Below, in pieces: positions 1 to 11,732 of a DNA stretch of 64,000 nucleotides. A program made the translations under genes and the position numbers. The DNA comes from Heteronotia binoei (taxonomy: Eukaryota): positions 22,630,001 through 22,694,000 of the forward strand of contig NC_083224.1 in assembly GCF_032191835.1 (NCBI RefSeq), given 5' to 3'. The notes beneath the pieces are model-generated. The model saw only the letters and a list, made by a program, of their open reading frames with translations. It had not been told where the DNA came from and ran no database searches. Numbering within the stretch: the first letter of the stretch is position 1; every line of letters starts with the position of its first letter.

Positions 1-224
1 CATCTGCGTTCCATGGAGCCTACTTTCCATTGGGGAAGACAAGCTCCAAGGAGCACACGCACCGTGCATGGGGAGAGGGGGTGCCCTAGGCGGCTGTCTA
101 CATGCCCTACTCCCACACACTGGCCATGCTCAAGCGTGAAGGTAACAAACAGCATTTTGTTCTTTTAGTTGGGCTGGGGTGTGCAGTATATTTCAAGTTT
201 CATTGCATTGGTTTTGAAGCCAAG

Positions 225-1100
225 GAATAGAAAATCTTGACCAATTTCAGTTTCTCTATAACCTTAAATTTCTGTAATTCTCCACTAGTCATTATTTTTA
301 TCATCCTGATGTTCAGCTGTAATCTTCCTTTGGCACTTTCTGATTTAGCCTTCATTAGTAGTTATTTCAAGTCTTCGCTACTTTCTGCTAGTAATGTGAT
401 GTCATTGCATATGTCAGATTGTAAATGTTCCTTCCTACTGTTTTCACTCCACCGTCATCTAAATGTAACCCAGCTTTCCGTATGCAGTGTTCTACATATA
501 GATTGAAGAGACAGGGAGATAAAATGCATCCTAGTCTGGCAAACTTCCCAATTGGAAACCATTCTGTTTCTCCATATTCTAACAGTGGCTTCTTGCCCAG
601 AGTGCAGGTTGTACATCAAAACAATCAGATGTTGTGGCACACCCATTACTTTAAGCACCAACCATACCTTTTCTTCATCCCAACAGTCAAAAGCATTGAT
701 GTAATCTATAAATCACAAGCTGGTTATCTTTTGAAATTCTCTCCTATGCTCCATTAACCAACTTAAATGTGCACTATGATCTCAAATGCGTCTTCCTTTT
801 GTGAATTCAGCTGGAACATCTGACATTTCTGTTTCGATATATGATAACAGTCCTTGTTGTGAAATGCTAAGCATCACTTTACTTGAATGAGGAATTAATG
901 CAGCGGTCCGACAGCTACTACAGTCTTTGACGTCTCCCTTTTGTGGAATTGGAAAGTAAAGTGTTTCCAGGTTGTGGGCCATTGTTTTGTTTCCCTCTTT
1001 CATAGCAGATTCTTCTTAAGAGTTTGATAGGATTCCTTTTCTGTGGTTCTGATACCCCATCTACTCGCGGTGATTTCTTTCTCCCAATTGTACTCAGTGC
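225..1100 (-). mobile_element. RTE-BovB LINE fragment (RT region, degraded)
   Basis: Minus-strand ORFs 782..1003 (YFPIPQKGDVKDCSSCRTAALIPHSSKVML) and 455..661 (MGVPQHLIVLMYNLHSGQEATVR) match BovB ORF motifs PIPKKG..KECSNYRTIALISHASKVMLK and MGIPDHL..LLRNLYAGQEATVR. Paralogous copies lie at ~22670-24100 and ~49400-51850. Boundaries approximate. Confidence 0.85.
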
Positions 1101-1395
1101 AGCTTTACTTTCTAAAACTCTTCCTTCTTGTTCAGAAGATTATACTTGAAAGAAATCTGTCCTCCTTTCATCTCTTATTTATATTCCTTCAGTATATTGT
1201 TCCTATCTTTCCTTAGATATTTCTACCTCTAGATAGGTCACTAGGCTGGGAAGAAAACCCAGCTCTGGTTCTTGCCCTGTGGTTATAGCAGCTCTGATGG
1301 AGGAGTCAGTGATGAGGAGTCTGGGAGAGGGTCAGGATCCATCTCTCTCCCGGTTCCATTCCTTCTCTTATCCCTCTCCCTTTCTGTTGTTGCAG

Positions 1396-1510
1396 ATGTG
1401 GGGAGGATCCATGAAGGTGGAAGTGAAGTTCTCTGAGGCAGAAGGAGCTCCATCAGAGGCAGGTCAGAGGGCACAGGCCCAGGAGCATGCCCAAGAGACC
1501 CTGTCAAGTG
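1396..1510 (+). CDS. SCAN-KRAB-ZNF gene 1, exon after SCAN (115 bp, phase 0-1; MWGGSMKVEVKFSEAEGAPSEAGQRAQAQEHAQETLSS)
   Basis: Pyrimidine tract plus TTGCAG|ATGTGG acceptor and AAGTG|GTAAGG donor. Same 115-bp exon in gene 2 (24246-24360) and gene 3 (51998-52112), where it follows a SCAN exon. The SCAN exon of gene 1 is presumed upstream of the window. Confidence 0.8.
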
Positions 1511-2348
1511 GTAAGGGGGCCTCCTGCCCAGAGGGGATTGGGGCACTTGTTAGGCATAAGGTTCAGGACAGGAGAAAAGGGAGATACTTCTGAAGACTAT
1601 GTAGAATAGAGTTTTGGGAAATAGTGCCATATGATGTCATGGTGGCCACTCCACTTTAAGGGGAAGTATACAAATTCACAGAGAGCAATTCTGTTCTTAT
1701 TTATATCAATGGAAATATACATATCTCGCTATCCTTCCATTAGAAAGACTCCTTCCTTCCATTGGAAGGACTCAACGTGGCTCAAAAAAAAAAGGAAGAC
1801 AAATCTGGGTGCAGCTGTGAGCCAAGGTGAATAAATGGAACCTCCATGTTCTCCTGACCAGCATGGCCCAGACTTAACCAAGGTCATCATATCTCAGAAG
1901 CTAAGAACGTGGAAGCAAAGTGCTCTGAGGCAGAAGGAGCTCCGTCAGAGGAAGGTCAGAGGGCGCAGGCCTAGCAGCGTGCCGAAGATGCCCTGTCAAG
2001 TCGTAAAGGGGCCTCCTGTCCAGAGGGGATGACGGCACTTGTTGGGCACAAGGTTCATGACAAGAGAAAAGGGAAATACTTCTGCAGGCTACATAGGATG
2101 TTATGATGGCCACTCGACTTTAAGGGGAAGTATACAGATTCATGGAGAGCAATTCTATTCTTATGTGTATCAATGGAATTATGCATATCTCACTATCCTT
2201 CCATTAGAAGGACTCAAGATGGCTCAAAAAGAAAAGAAAGACAAATCTGGGTGCAGCTATGAGCCAAGGAGAATTAATAGAACCTCCATGTTTCCGTGAC
2301 CAGCATTGCCCGGCCTACCCAAGGTCATCAGATCGCAGAAGCTAAGAA
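1417..2348 (+). repeat. Local tandem duplication (~490/440 bp) producing a dead partial copy of exon 2
   Basis: 1909-2348 repeats 1417-1908. The copy lacks the acceptor, contains GCC TAG, and its donor is degraded (TCAAGTCGTAAAG). Genes 2 and 3 have a single copy. Confidence 0.8.
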
Positions 2349-3241
2349 TGGTCAGCCCTGATTAGTTTTTGGCTTGGGAGATCTTCAAAGAAATTCAGGG
2401 TTGCTTTGCAGAGGCACACTGCCTCTGAATGTCTCTTGCCTTGAAGAACTGGAGTCACCAAAAGTCAGCTGTGACTTGACAGCACTTTAGACACACACAC
2501 GCACACAACAGACACACACTGTTCTAGGGCAGCAAATCTAAAAAAGAAAAAAGAAACATCGCCAGAGGCCAGTAATTTGGGCTCTGTGTCCCATTTTGAA
2601 TACTTTTCAGGGGCATCTGGGTGGCAACATTCAGAAAGAGGACACTGGATTAGGGAGGCCAGGCCATGGCCTGGCCCCCCTTTGAGGGTGGAACACAGGG
2701 TGATGCCATTTTTATGTCTTGCCCGTTCAAATACCTGCCTGTGAAGTCAGAGCATCAGCAGACGCTCTGGAAACATATTGGCAGCACCCTAGAGTTTTAG
2801 CTGATGTGCTAAAATCACATGACTTTAGGACTGCATGCAATGGCTATGTGTCCTGTCACATGATTTCCAGTTACTTGTTTTTCTCCTGCCAGTCCAGACT
2901 CCAGGATGGGTAAGAAGGTCCAGGAGGTGCGAGAATGCCAAGCCTGGACAGCAGGGATACTGGAACCATTTATGCTCCCGGGTTCACAGGGCACATTTCA
3001 AGTTTCACAGACATTTGCAGTGTGTTGGCAACATTTATAACCCCCCCTGAGGTTCATGGGCACCTGGGGCTTCTATTCCACCTCTCCCACTTTGCTAAAA
3101 ATTACTACCAATTTTCTGTAGCATAATGAAGAAAAGTTTTCACAACCCTGAGAATTGGGATGCATAAACAAAATTGAGACAAGGAAACAAAATAGGAATT
3201 TGAGGCTTAGATTCTTCCTTTCCTTTCTGTCTTCCTTGCAG

Positions 3242-3312
3242 GCAGTGAAGAGATGTTATCAAGCCATTTTCTTTGGAGAGAAGTGGAAACGCCTCCTCGA
3301 CCTCTGGTCCAG
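3242..3312 (+). CDS. Gene 1 71-bp linker exon (phase 1-0; SEEMLSSHFLWREVETPPRPLVQ)
   Basis: CTTGCAG|GCAGTG acceptor and CCAG|GTAGGG donor. Open frame. Same length in genes 2 and 3. Confidence 0.8.
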
Positions 3313-3519
3313 GTAGGGGGGATGGATGGGAGATAGCCAGGGCCCTTGTTCCTTTATTAGGGAAGCTTTGGCTCCTGCTGTCTGAGGAACAGAGGCTCTG
3401 AACAGCACTGCCTTTACACATACTGAGTTCTGCATCCTGCACCCTCACAGACTACCCCGTGGAGAGTGTACTCTCAGCCGGGCGTGATCTGTGATGAGGG
3501 AATCTGTTTTTTCTTTCAG

Positions 3520-3646
3520 TCTCCATTTTCCTTTGAGGAAGTGGCCGTGTATTTCACCATGGCAGAGTGGGGCCTGCTGGATCTGGGCCAAAAAGCTCTC
3601 TACAGGGAAGTCATGCTGGAGAACTATGGAAGTGTGGCTTTTCTGG
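3520..3646 (+). CDS. Gene 1 KRAB-A exon ([42 protein letters not shown])
   Basis: Canonical 127-bp KRAB-A exon with TTTCAG acceptor and G|GTAAGA donor. Contains [23 protein letters not shown] motifs. Confidence 0.95.
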
Positions 3647-4023
3647 GTAAGAATCTTTCATAAGTGCTAAAGGTGCGAATCACTGCCATTGGGATGATGC
3701 ATGAATCAACAGCAATATATGCTTGTGAGGCCAGTGCAACTAATTGGCTGTCACTGGGTGCCTCAAGAAGTTGGGTCGGCTATGAAAGTGTTGTTCAGCA
3801 TGGTCCAGTAGAGTGATAGAAGCTACCCAACTGGTCCATGTGCAGCTAAGGCCAGTGTTTTGTCCATCACCCAAGCCAGAGAAGGTGACCGTGGTCCAAG
3901 AACAAGGCAGGGCTGAAAGACCCTCAGAAAGACTCTGGACAGAGCCTTTTCCTCTTTCTTGGATTTCTTCCCCTCAGAAAAATTATCTATCTCCTTTCCC
4001 TCTCCCCTCTCCCTTTCTCACAG

Positions 4024-4146
4024 AAGCCAGGAATGTACAAGATTTTTCATTAGAGACAGACAAAGACCTTGCATCTGAAGAGTGGCTGCACAGTTTCTCT
4101 GGAAAATTGGAAGGAACAATTTCCTTGCCAAATGAGCTTGCAGCAA
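4024..4146 (+). CDS. Candidate symmetric cassette exon in gene 1 (123 bp, phase 1-1)
   Basis: Long pyrimidine tract ending CTCACAG at 4023, open in the frame set by KRAB-A (EARNVQDFSLETDKDLASEEWLHSFSGKLEGTISLPNELAA), donor GCAA|GTGGGT. No counterpart seen in gene 2. Confidence 0.4.
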
Positions 4147-4283
4147 GTGGGTATCCTTTACAGCCGGGGTGTTGGACACATTTGTTATGAAGGCCAGATC
4201 TGACATAAATGAGGCCTTGTCAGGCCGGGCTGGGCTATATTGGGTCAGGCCATATATGTACCAATTTAAGATTAAGTAGCACA

Positions 4284-4470
4284 GCTGGGAAAGACAGAAG
4301 GCAAAAGAAGAAGGGGACGGCAAAAGATGAGATGGCTGGACAGCGTTACTGATGTAACAAACACGAATTTGAGCAGACTTCGGAGGTTGGTGGAAGACAG
4401 GAGGGCCTGGTGTGACTTGGTCCATGAGGTCGCAAAGAGTCGGACTCGACTGTGCGACTGAACAACAAAA
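4284..4470 (+). mobile_element. BovB LINE 3' end
   Basis: GGAAAGACAGAAGGCAAAAGAAGAAGGGGACGGC...GTCCATGAGGTCGCAAAGAGTCGGACTCGACTGTGCGACTGAACAAC matches the BovB/ART2A 3' terminus. Confidence 0.85.
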
Positions 4471-4720
4471 AAAGCAGAGAGATAAACTTTTTAAAGGACA
4501 CAGATAAATACAACTTAAGATTTTAAAAAAAACCCTTAAAACATTAGCGTTTGTTGGTCTTTGTATTTCTCTCATGGGTGCTTTCTTTGTATTTCTCCCT
4601 CTGGCTCTTTCTTTCCTTCCCCAGGGAACAGGAGGGGGAGGAGCCTCAACCAATGGAGAAAATCGAGGTTTTGTTCTGTAGCTCCTGTGCAATTGAGCAA
4701 GCCTGGCAAAGAAAACTTTT

Positions 4721-5175
4721 ATAGAATCATAGAGTTGGAAGGGACCTCTAGGGTCATCTAGTCCAACCCCTGCACAATGCAGGAAACTCACAAACACTTC
4801 CCCCTAAATTCACAGGATCTTCATTGCTGTCAGATGGTCATCTAGCCTCTGTTTAAAAACCTCCAAGGAAGGAGAGCCCACCACCTCCCGAGGAAGCCTG
4901 TTCCACTGAGGAATCACTTTAACAGTCAGGAAGTTCTTCCTAATGTTGAGCCAGAAACTCTTTTGATTTAATTTCAACCCATTGGTTCTGGTCCTACCTT
5001 CTGGGGCCACAGAAAACAATTCCACACCATCCTCTATATGACAGCCCTTCAAGTACTTGAAGATGGTGATCATATCACCTCTCAGCCGCCTCCTCTCCAG
5101 GCTAAACATCCCCAGCTCCTTCAACCTTTCCTCATAGGACTTGGTCTCCAGACCCCTCACCATCTTCATCACCCT
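4721..5175 (-). mobile_element. CR1 LINE 3' end
   Basis: ORF 4810..5172 (YEERLKELGMFSLERRRLRGDMITIFKYLKG...WNRLPREVVGSPSLEVFKQRLD) is the CR1 ORF2 C-terminus. (ATTCTATG)-type tail at ~4721-4735. Confidence 0.95.
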
Positions 5176-5516
5176 CTTCTGTTATGCAGAAGAAAGCAAG
5201 AGAGAGGGAGAAGGAAGCAGACAAGAGCCAGTTGCCTAGGGGCCTGTTAGGAGCCAGATTCTGCCCCCAGGCCGCATGTTTGAGACCCCTGCTTTACAGT
5301 TATGCCAAGGGAATTGGAAGGGAATACCTATTGAACCTTTCCTTTTCACTTCTAAGCAACTCTTGGTTTTGTAGAATTACCAAGACTGGTGGGTAAAAAG
5401 GGAGAGAGGCCTTCTGGAGGCTCAGAAGATCCTTTTGGGGCTTTGCTCACTTTGGCTCTTGAATGGCCACACTAGCCTTAAATACTGGATGCGGCAGTAT
5501 TTAAAGATAAAAAAAA

Positions 5517-5757
5517 GTAAAGGTAGTTCCTTGTGCAAGCACCAGTGTTTTCACGGCAGACTTTTTACGGAGCGGTTTGCCATTGCCTTCTCCAGTCATC
5601 TACACTTTCCCGCCCAGCAAGCTAGGTACTCATTTTACCGACCTCGGAAGGATGGAAGGCTGAGTCAACCTGGAGCCAGCTACCTGAACCAGCTTCCGCT
5701 GGGATCGAACTCAGGTCGTGAGCAGAGGGCTCCGACTGCAGTACTGCAGCTTTACCA
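5517..5757 (-). mobile_element. Sauria-type tRNA-derived SINE
   Basis: Reverse complement of the family also seen at 10731, 23541 and 46881 (GGTTGACTCAGCCTTCCATCCTTCCGAGGTCGGTAAAATGAGTACC core, ACCTTT tail). Confidence 0.8.
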
Positions 5758-7210
5758 GATAGGAAAGGACAAAGGCACATCACCCCTTTCCTTCATTCTT
5801 CATATGGATGCCTTTAGGCCTTCCTATTAGTTGGAAATGAGTCTGAGTGCTTCCTTAGGAACTGTTCTACCTTGCAGAGGTGTTCTGCAGCAGGTAATCC
5901 CACTAAACACTTCAACCCAAGGGAACTGGCTTAAGTTTAAAAACACAACAACCTCTGTTATCACGAGGTAGATCAATCCTCACCCCAAGAGGGTGGAAGT
6001 GTGTGTTGTTGAAGAGATTCAGTAGTGAATACAGAGAAAAATTCTCAGTTGAAGCACAGGTGGATAATCCACAAGAGGATAGAGAAAGCGCTGCAGCAAC
6101 CTCTAGTCTCCCCAAGAGGCAAACAACCAACTCCTTCCCAAAGGCTTAGTTTCTTCCACCCCCTTGAGGTAGTAAAGCGTCTGCCACAGAAAAACAGACA
6201 CAGAAAAGCCAGGAATACCTGTCCACGCAGTGTGACCCCAATGCCTGGGTTTATCGAAAGCCAGCCAGCACGATCTCCTCCATCCCCAGGGAAGAGGGCT
6301 AACAACAATGACACCCCTGTGCTGCGCTAAGGGTCTGCCAAACTAGCTCCCCCTTGTTTACATTACATCACCCCAGTCACACTGAACACGTATCGTATAT
6401 CTGCACATTCAGTGCATGTTCCCTGAGTGTTTCAGCTGTTTTGGGAAGATGAAACAGGAGTGACTCTTTTGAGGCCTTATCTGGAATTTTGGGCACTGTG
6501 TGTTCCTCTGGGATGGGCTTCCAGAAGCTCTTACTCTACTGTAACAAATTAATGACCCTGAGGCCCCATAAGGCAGTCCTCTGGCTGTCTCTTGCTGACA
6601 ATATGAAATGCATCTCTCAGATAAAAAGGCTGACTCGGTGCTTCTAGGAAAGGCAGAAATACCTGGGTGATTTATTTAATCGAATTTATATTTATTTATT
6701 TAATCAAATTTATATCCCGCCCTCAGGATTCAGAAATTGCTGTGCATTAGAGAGTATAGTGAGCCAGAGAATCCAGCTAAGGTATAGAGAGTGGCTCGGA
6801 AATAGAAAGAAAATGCAGCTGACCTTAGAGAAAGGTGGCCCAACAATACAGGGTTGGTTTTCTCATTGGTCATCACTTGCCCCCCTAACAAATGGCAACT
6901 CGTCCAAAAAAACATGGGGGTTCCCCTCTGAACTGTGGGGTTCATTTGGTTAGTTCCACAGAAAATGTGTATTTGGGGGAGGCCAAAAACCAGCTCCTTC
7001 TGGCTCTCTTCACAACTAGAAGACAAATTCTCAGTGCAGTTGCAGGACTAGATATCATGATAACATCTTGTATTTAATTGTCAAGAGCGGAGAGTTGAAA
7101 GAACTGTACAGCAAGTCAAATAGGAGCAGTGGGGGAATCATTCTTTGCCACCTTCCCACTTAAAATACATACAGGGAGTCTGAGGAGAGGAGGGATGGGA
7201 AGAAAACAAA

Positions 7211-7497
7211 GGGCGTTTTCGCACAGGGCTTACCCCGGAGCGACGTCCCTCTTCACCGCTCAGCGTCTGCGCGGATTTTGCACCAACTGCTCCGCAGAAC
7301 CCGTAAGAGCCGCAAAGAGCTGTGGCTTTTGCGTCGCAAATGTAAAGTTGGTTTTTGGCAGTTTACATTTGCGACGCAAAAGCCGTGGCACTACACGGCT
7401 CTTCCGGGTTCTGCGGAGCAGTTGGTGCGAAATCCGCGCAGACGCTGCGCGGTGAAGAGGGACGTCGCTCTGGGGTAAGCCCTGTGCGAAAACGCCT
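7211..7497. mobile_element. Palindromic MITE (fold-back, ~135-bp arms), PIF/Harbinger-like
   Basis: GGGCGTTTTCGCACAGGGCTTACCCC...GGGGTAAGCCCTGTGCGAAAACGCCT forms a near-perfect hairpin. AAA flanks on both sides. Absent from the paralogous intron of gene 2 (~27870). Confidence 0.85.
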
Positions 7498-7643
7498 AAA
7501 AACAGCTATATGAGAGAGCCAGGCAGGGATAAGGTTTGGTAGGAAATAAGATCTTATAACAGAAATGCAGACCAAGGAGTTAGGAGTGCCTGACTAGTGG
7601 CTTGGCTTCACACATGGGTGCTGATAGAAACTCCTTATTTCAG

Positions 7644-7763
7644 CAGCAGATGTAGAGGAGACAGCTGGGGAATTCCAGGGGTTTTCTATGGAAATAGTCA
7701 AGAACGAAAATGCCAAAGAAAACTATGGAGATGGACCCCAGAGGCAGGAGGAAAGCCACGCAG
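7644..7763 (+). CDS. Gene 1 120-bp linker exon (phase 1-1; ADVEETAGEFQGFSMEIVKNENAKENYGDGPQRQEESHA)
   Basis: TTATTTCAG|CAGCAG acceptor (NAGNAG) and GCAG|GTAAGA donor. Open frame. Paralog at 28044-28163. Confidence 0.85.
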
Positions 7764-8248
7764 GTAAGAGGAGGGAAGCGCATTCCTTTCTAAAGAGGCG
7801 TCCTCTGAGAAACCCCAGTCCATGTAGAAAGGGCAGTCAAAGAAAAGAAGAAATAAAGGTCTCTGTGTGAACCAGAGAATCCACTGCAGGGAAATGAAAG
7901 TGTGGAATTTCCATCTCTGACCTTCAGTTAGAGAATGAATGTCATTTAGCAGATGCTAATTCCCTTAGGAGAGCAATTTTATAACTGCTTGGAGTACAGA
8001 AATAGCTTCCATCATAAAACAGGCCTTACTTCAAAACTATACGGGTGGGGAGCCATAAAAACGAGGACTCCCAGTCTGTGTTGCAGGAGTTCCAACCAAG
8101 TGTCTCTGTAGCAAAAAATGTATATTATTGTATACTCCAGTGTGTACAACAGGAGGAAGGTACTGAAATATTTGGAGCATGGATGAAACTTCAGGAGCGC
8201 ATCTGACCTTGTGTGAATTCTAACAGGAGATCTCTCTCTTTATTACAG

Positions 8249-10398
8249 CAGAAGATGATCAGAGGAATGAGGAGGATGGGGAACTGCATAACCAGTTGCC
8301 AGATGAAACCAATAATGAACATGTGAGAAGAAACATCAGGACTGAGGGCAAGCTGAAGAGACAGAAAGTCGGTCATAGGGTGAAGAAGAGGAATAAATCT
8401 GTTTCTTACCAAGGGAGGCATTTCCAAGAAGTCATTCACATGTTGGAGGAAACATACAAGTGCTTGGAGTGTGGAATGAAATTCTCAGATCAAACCCAAT
8501 ATAATATACATTTTTCAAAACATGGCTTTATGAAGTCATGTAAATGCTTTCGATGTGGAAGGTACTTCAGATACAAATCACAACTCCTTGTGCACCAAAG
8601 GATCCACACAGTGGAGAAACCTTTTGAATGCTCAGAGTGTGAAAAGAAATTCAGTCGTAGTTTCCTCCTTAAACAGCATCGAATAACGCACACAGGTGAG
8701 AAGCCATTTGAATGCTCAGAATGTGGGAAGAGATTCAGTCGGAGTGGTGATCTTCAAAGTCATCTACGAATTCACACAGGGGAGAAGCCTTTTGAATGCT
8801 CAGAGTGTGGGAAGAAATTCAGTCAGAGTGGCGCTCTTCACCAACATCAAAGAACCCACACAGGAGAGAAGCCTTTTGAATGCTCAGAGTGTGGGAAGAG
8901 ATTCAGTCACAGTAGCACTCTTCAGCATCATCAAAGAACCCACACAGGGGAGAAGCCTTTTGAATGCTCAGAGTGTGGGAAGAGATTCAGTCAGAGTGGC
9001 AATCTTCAAAGTCATCTAAGAACCCACACAGGGGAGAAGCCTTTTGCATGCTCAGAGTGTGGGAAGAGATTCAGTCAGAGTTGCAATCTTCAAAGTCATC
9101 AACGAACCCACACAGAAGAGAAGCCTTTTGAATGCTCAGAGTGTGGGAAGAGATTCAATCACAGTAGCACTCTTCAACATCATCAAAGAACCCACACAGG
9201 GGAGAAGCCTTTTGAATGCTCAGAGTGTGGGAAGAGATTCAGTTGTAGTGTCCATCTTCAACAGCATCAAAGAACGCACACAGGAGAGAAGCCTTTTGAA
9301 TGCCCAGAGTGTGGGAAGAGATTCAGCCACAGTGGTCCTCTTCAAAAGCATAGACGAACCCACACAGGAGAGAAGTCTTTTGAATGCTCAGAGTGTGGAA
9401 AGAGATTCAGCCACAGTGGCCATCTTCAAAGTCATCTGAGAACCCACACAGGGGAGAAGCCTTTTGAATGCTCAGAGTGTGGGAAGAGATTCAGCCACAG
9501 TGGCCCTCTTCAAAAGCATCGAAGAACCCACACAGGGGAGAAGCCTTTTGAATGCTCAGAGTGTGGGAAGAGATTCAGTCAGAGTGGCCATCTTCAAAGT
9601 CATCGAAGAACCCACACAGGTGAGAAGCCTTTTGGATGCTCAGAGTGTGGGAGGAGATTCAGCCACAGTTCCTATCTTCAAAGTCATCTAAGAACACACA
9701 CAGGGGAGAAACCTTTTGAATGCTCAGAGTGTGGGAAGAGATTCAGTCGGAGTGACCATATTAAAAAACATCTAAGAACCCACACAGGGGAGAAGCCTTT
9801 TGAATGCTCAGAGTGTGGGAAGATATTCAGTCACAGTACCACTCTTCAAAAACATCTTAGTACCCACACAGGGGAGAAGCCTTTTGAATGCTCCAAATGT
9901 GGGAAGAGATTCAATGATAGTAGCACTCTTCAAAAACATCTAAGAACCCACACAGGAGAGAAGCCTTTTGAATGCTCAGAGTGTGGGAAAAGATTCCGTG
10001 ACAGTAGCAGTCTTCAAAAACATCTAAGGACCCACACAGGGGAGAAGCCTTTTCAATGCTCAGAGTGTGGGAAGAGATTCAGTCACAGTGGCAATCTTCA
10101 ACTGCATCAAAGAACCCACACAGGGGAGAAGCCTTTTGAATGCTCAGAGTGTGGGAAGAGATTCCGTCACAGTGGCCATCTTCAATGTCATCTAAGAACT
10201 CACACAGGTGAGAAGCCGTTTGAATGCTCAGAGTGTGGGAAGAGATTCCGTCACAGCAGTACTCTTCAAAGTCATCTAAGAATCCATACAGGGGAGAAGC
10301 CTTTTGTATGTTCAGAGTGTGGAAAGAGATTCAGTCACAGCAGTACTCTTCTAAGTCATCTAAGAATCCACACAGGGAAGACACCTTTGTTTATTTAG
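8249..10398 (+). CDS. Gene 1 terminal exon: ~23 tandem C2H2 zinc fingers
   Basis: TTACAG|CAGAAG acceptor in frame with ORF 8296..10398. Repeated F.CSECGKRF......L..H..THTGEKP units, 23 by manual count. Stop TAG at 10396-10398. Confidence 0.97.
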
Positions 10399-10640
10399 AG
10401 TGTGGGAAGAGTTTCAGAGTGACAATCTTGAACAATATCAAAGATCGCACACATTAAAGAAGTCTTTTGAATGCTCAGAGTGTGGGAAGAGATTCAGTCA
10501 GAATGTCCCCCTTCAAGAGCATCAAGGAATCCAGAGAGGGCAAAAAGTTTCCGAATACAAAGAGATTCAGTCAATGTGGTTACCTTCAACAACATCTAAA
10601 AACATACACAAGGAAAAACCATGTAACTTCTTAGCCTAGG
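10399..10640 (+). pseudogene. Frameshifted relict zinc fingers downstream of the gene 1 stop
   Basis: [37 protein letters not shown] and the AAACCATGTAACTTCTTAG ending shared with genes 2 and 3 lie out of frame after the stop. Confidence 0.8.
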
Positions 10641-10730
10641 GTGTTGAAGTCTTTTGTTACAACAATCTGACAGAAATGTCTCTTTGTTGGGCCGAGCTAT
10701 GTGTGCCCTACAATTTAATGCCAGGTACCA

Positions 10731-11028
10731 GAGATGCCCTGTGGTGCAGAGTGGTAAAACTGCAGTATTGCACTCCTGAGCTCTGCTCACAACCTAAGTT
10801 CGATCCTGGCGGAAGCTGGGTTCAGGTAGCCGGCTGGAGATTGACTCAGCCTTCCATCCTTCTGAGGTCAATAAAATGAGTACCCAGCTTGCAGTGGGGA
10901 AAGTGTAGATGACTGGGGAAGGCAATGACAAACCACCCCGTAAAAAGTCTGCTGTGAAAATGTGAAAGCAACGTCACCCCTGTCGGAAACGACTGGTGCT
11001 TGCACAGGTGACTACCTTTACCTTTTTA
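10731..11028 (+). mobile_element. Sauria-type tRNA-derived SINE
   Basis: tRNA-like head (GTGGTGCAGAGTGGTAAAACTGCAG; GTTCGATCC), conserved core, CTACCTTTACCTTT tail. Confidence 0.85.
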
Positions 11029-11452
11029 CCAGAGAATAGACTTTAGAAAGGACATAGGCCAACCCAATTAACAATATTATTTTTTTCTTAAACAAAGAAT
11101 GAACGGCCTTGCAGTATTTCCTTTATTTAGTAGTCTTTGATAACTGACACCTGTTTGTCTGAATTAAGTCAATTTCTGTGCTGTAGTAGTGTGCTGGTTA
11201 GGTGCATATCTGTAAACTGAGAATGTACTTTTGATGTATGGACATTTATTCCAGAATAAAGCTTTAGAACTTTTCACATGCATATGTTGTCCCAAACATA
11301 TATAGAGTTGTAGAAGCAAAAGTCTAAAGGTGGGGGTAATTTGGACCCAAAAAACTGTTAAAATTTACTAATGCCAACTTCAGAAAGCTTATCTTTCCAT
11401 ACAGCACCACACTGCTCCCCCACCTACCTGTAATTTGTAGCATCTTTTGATA

Positions 11453-11732
11453 GAAGAAGAAGATGATGATATTGGATTTATATCCCGCCCTCCACTCCAA
11501 AGAGTCTCAGAGCGGCTCACAATCTCCTTTACTTTCCTCCCCCACAACAGACACCCTGTGGGGTGGGTGGGGCTGAGAGGACTCTCAAAGCAGCTGCCCT
11601 CTCAAGGACAACCTCTGCCAGAGCTATGGCGGACCCAAGGCCATGCTAGCAGGTGCAAGTGGAGGAGTGGGGAATCAAACCCGGTTCTCCCAGATAAGAG
11701 TCCGCACACTTAACCACTACACCAAACTGGCT
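11453..11732 (-). mobile_element. tRNA-derived SINE, second family (GGGATATAAATCCAATA tail)
   Basis: Reverse complement of the copies at 13677, 18031 and 21003 (GTTTGGTGTAGTGGTTAAGTG head). Confidence 0.85.

Noticed and set aside
2719-2913. Similar ~63-aa ORF in intron 2 of genes 1 and 2 (25101-25292) ending near a GGTAAG
   Set aside because: It is frameshifted and has a stop in gene 3. The donor phase (2) does not fit the next exon (phase 1), and there is no consistent acceptor. Shared ancestry of the intron explains it.
8696-9691. ORFs of the type [11 protein letters not shown]... (also 31886-33358 and 55386-56465)
   Set aside because: These are the +1 frame of the zinc-finger repeats, which is periodically open. 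They are not separate genes.
8600-10380. 84-bp periodic repeat with variable spacers resembling a CRISPR array
   Set aside because: The period equals one C2H2 finger plus linker (28 codons) inside a spliced eukaryotic ORF.
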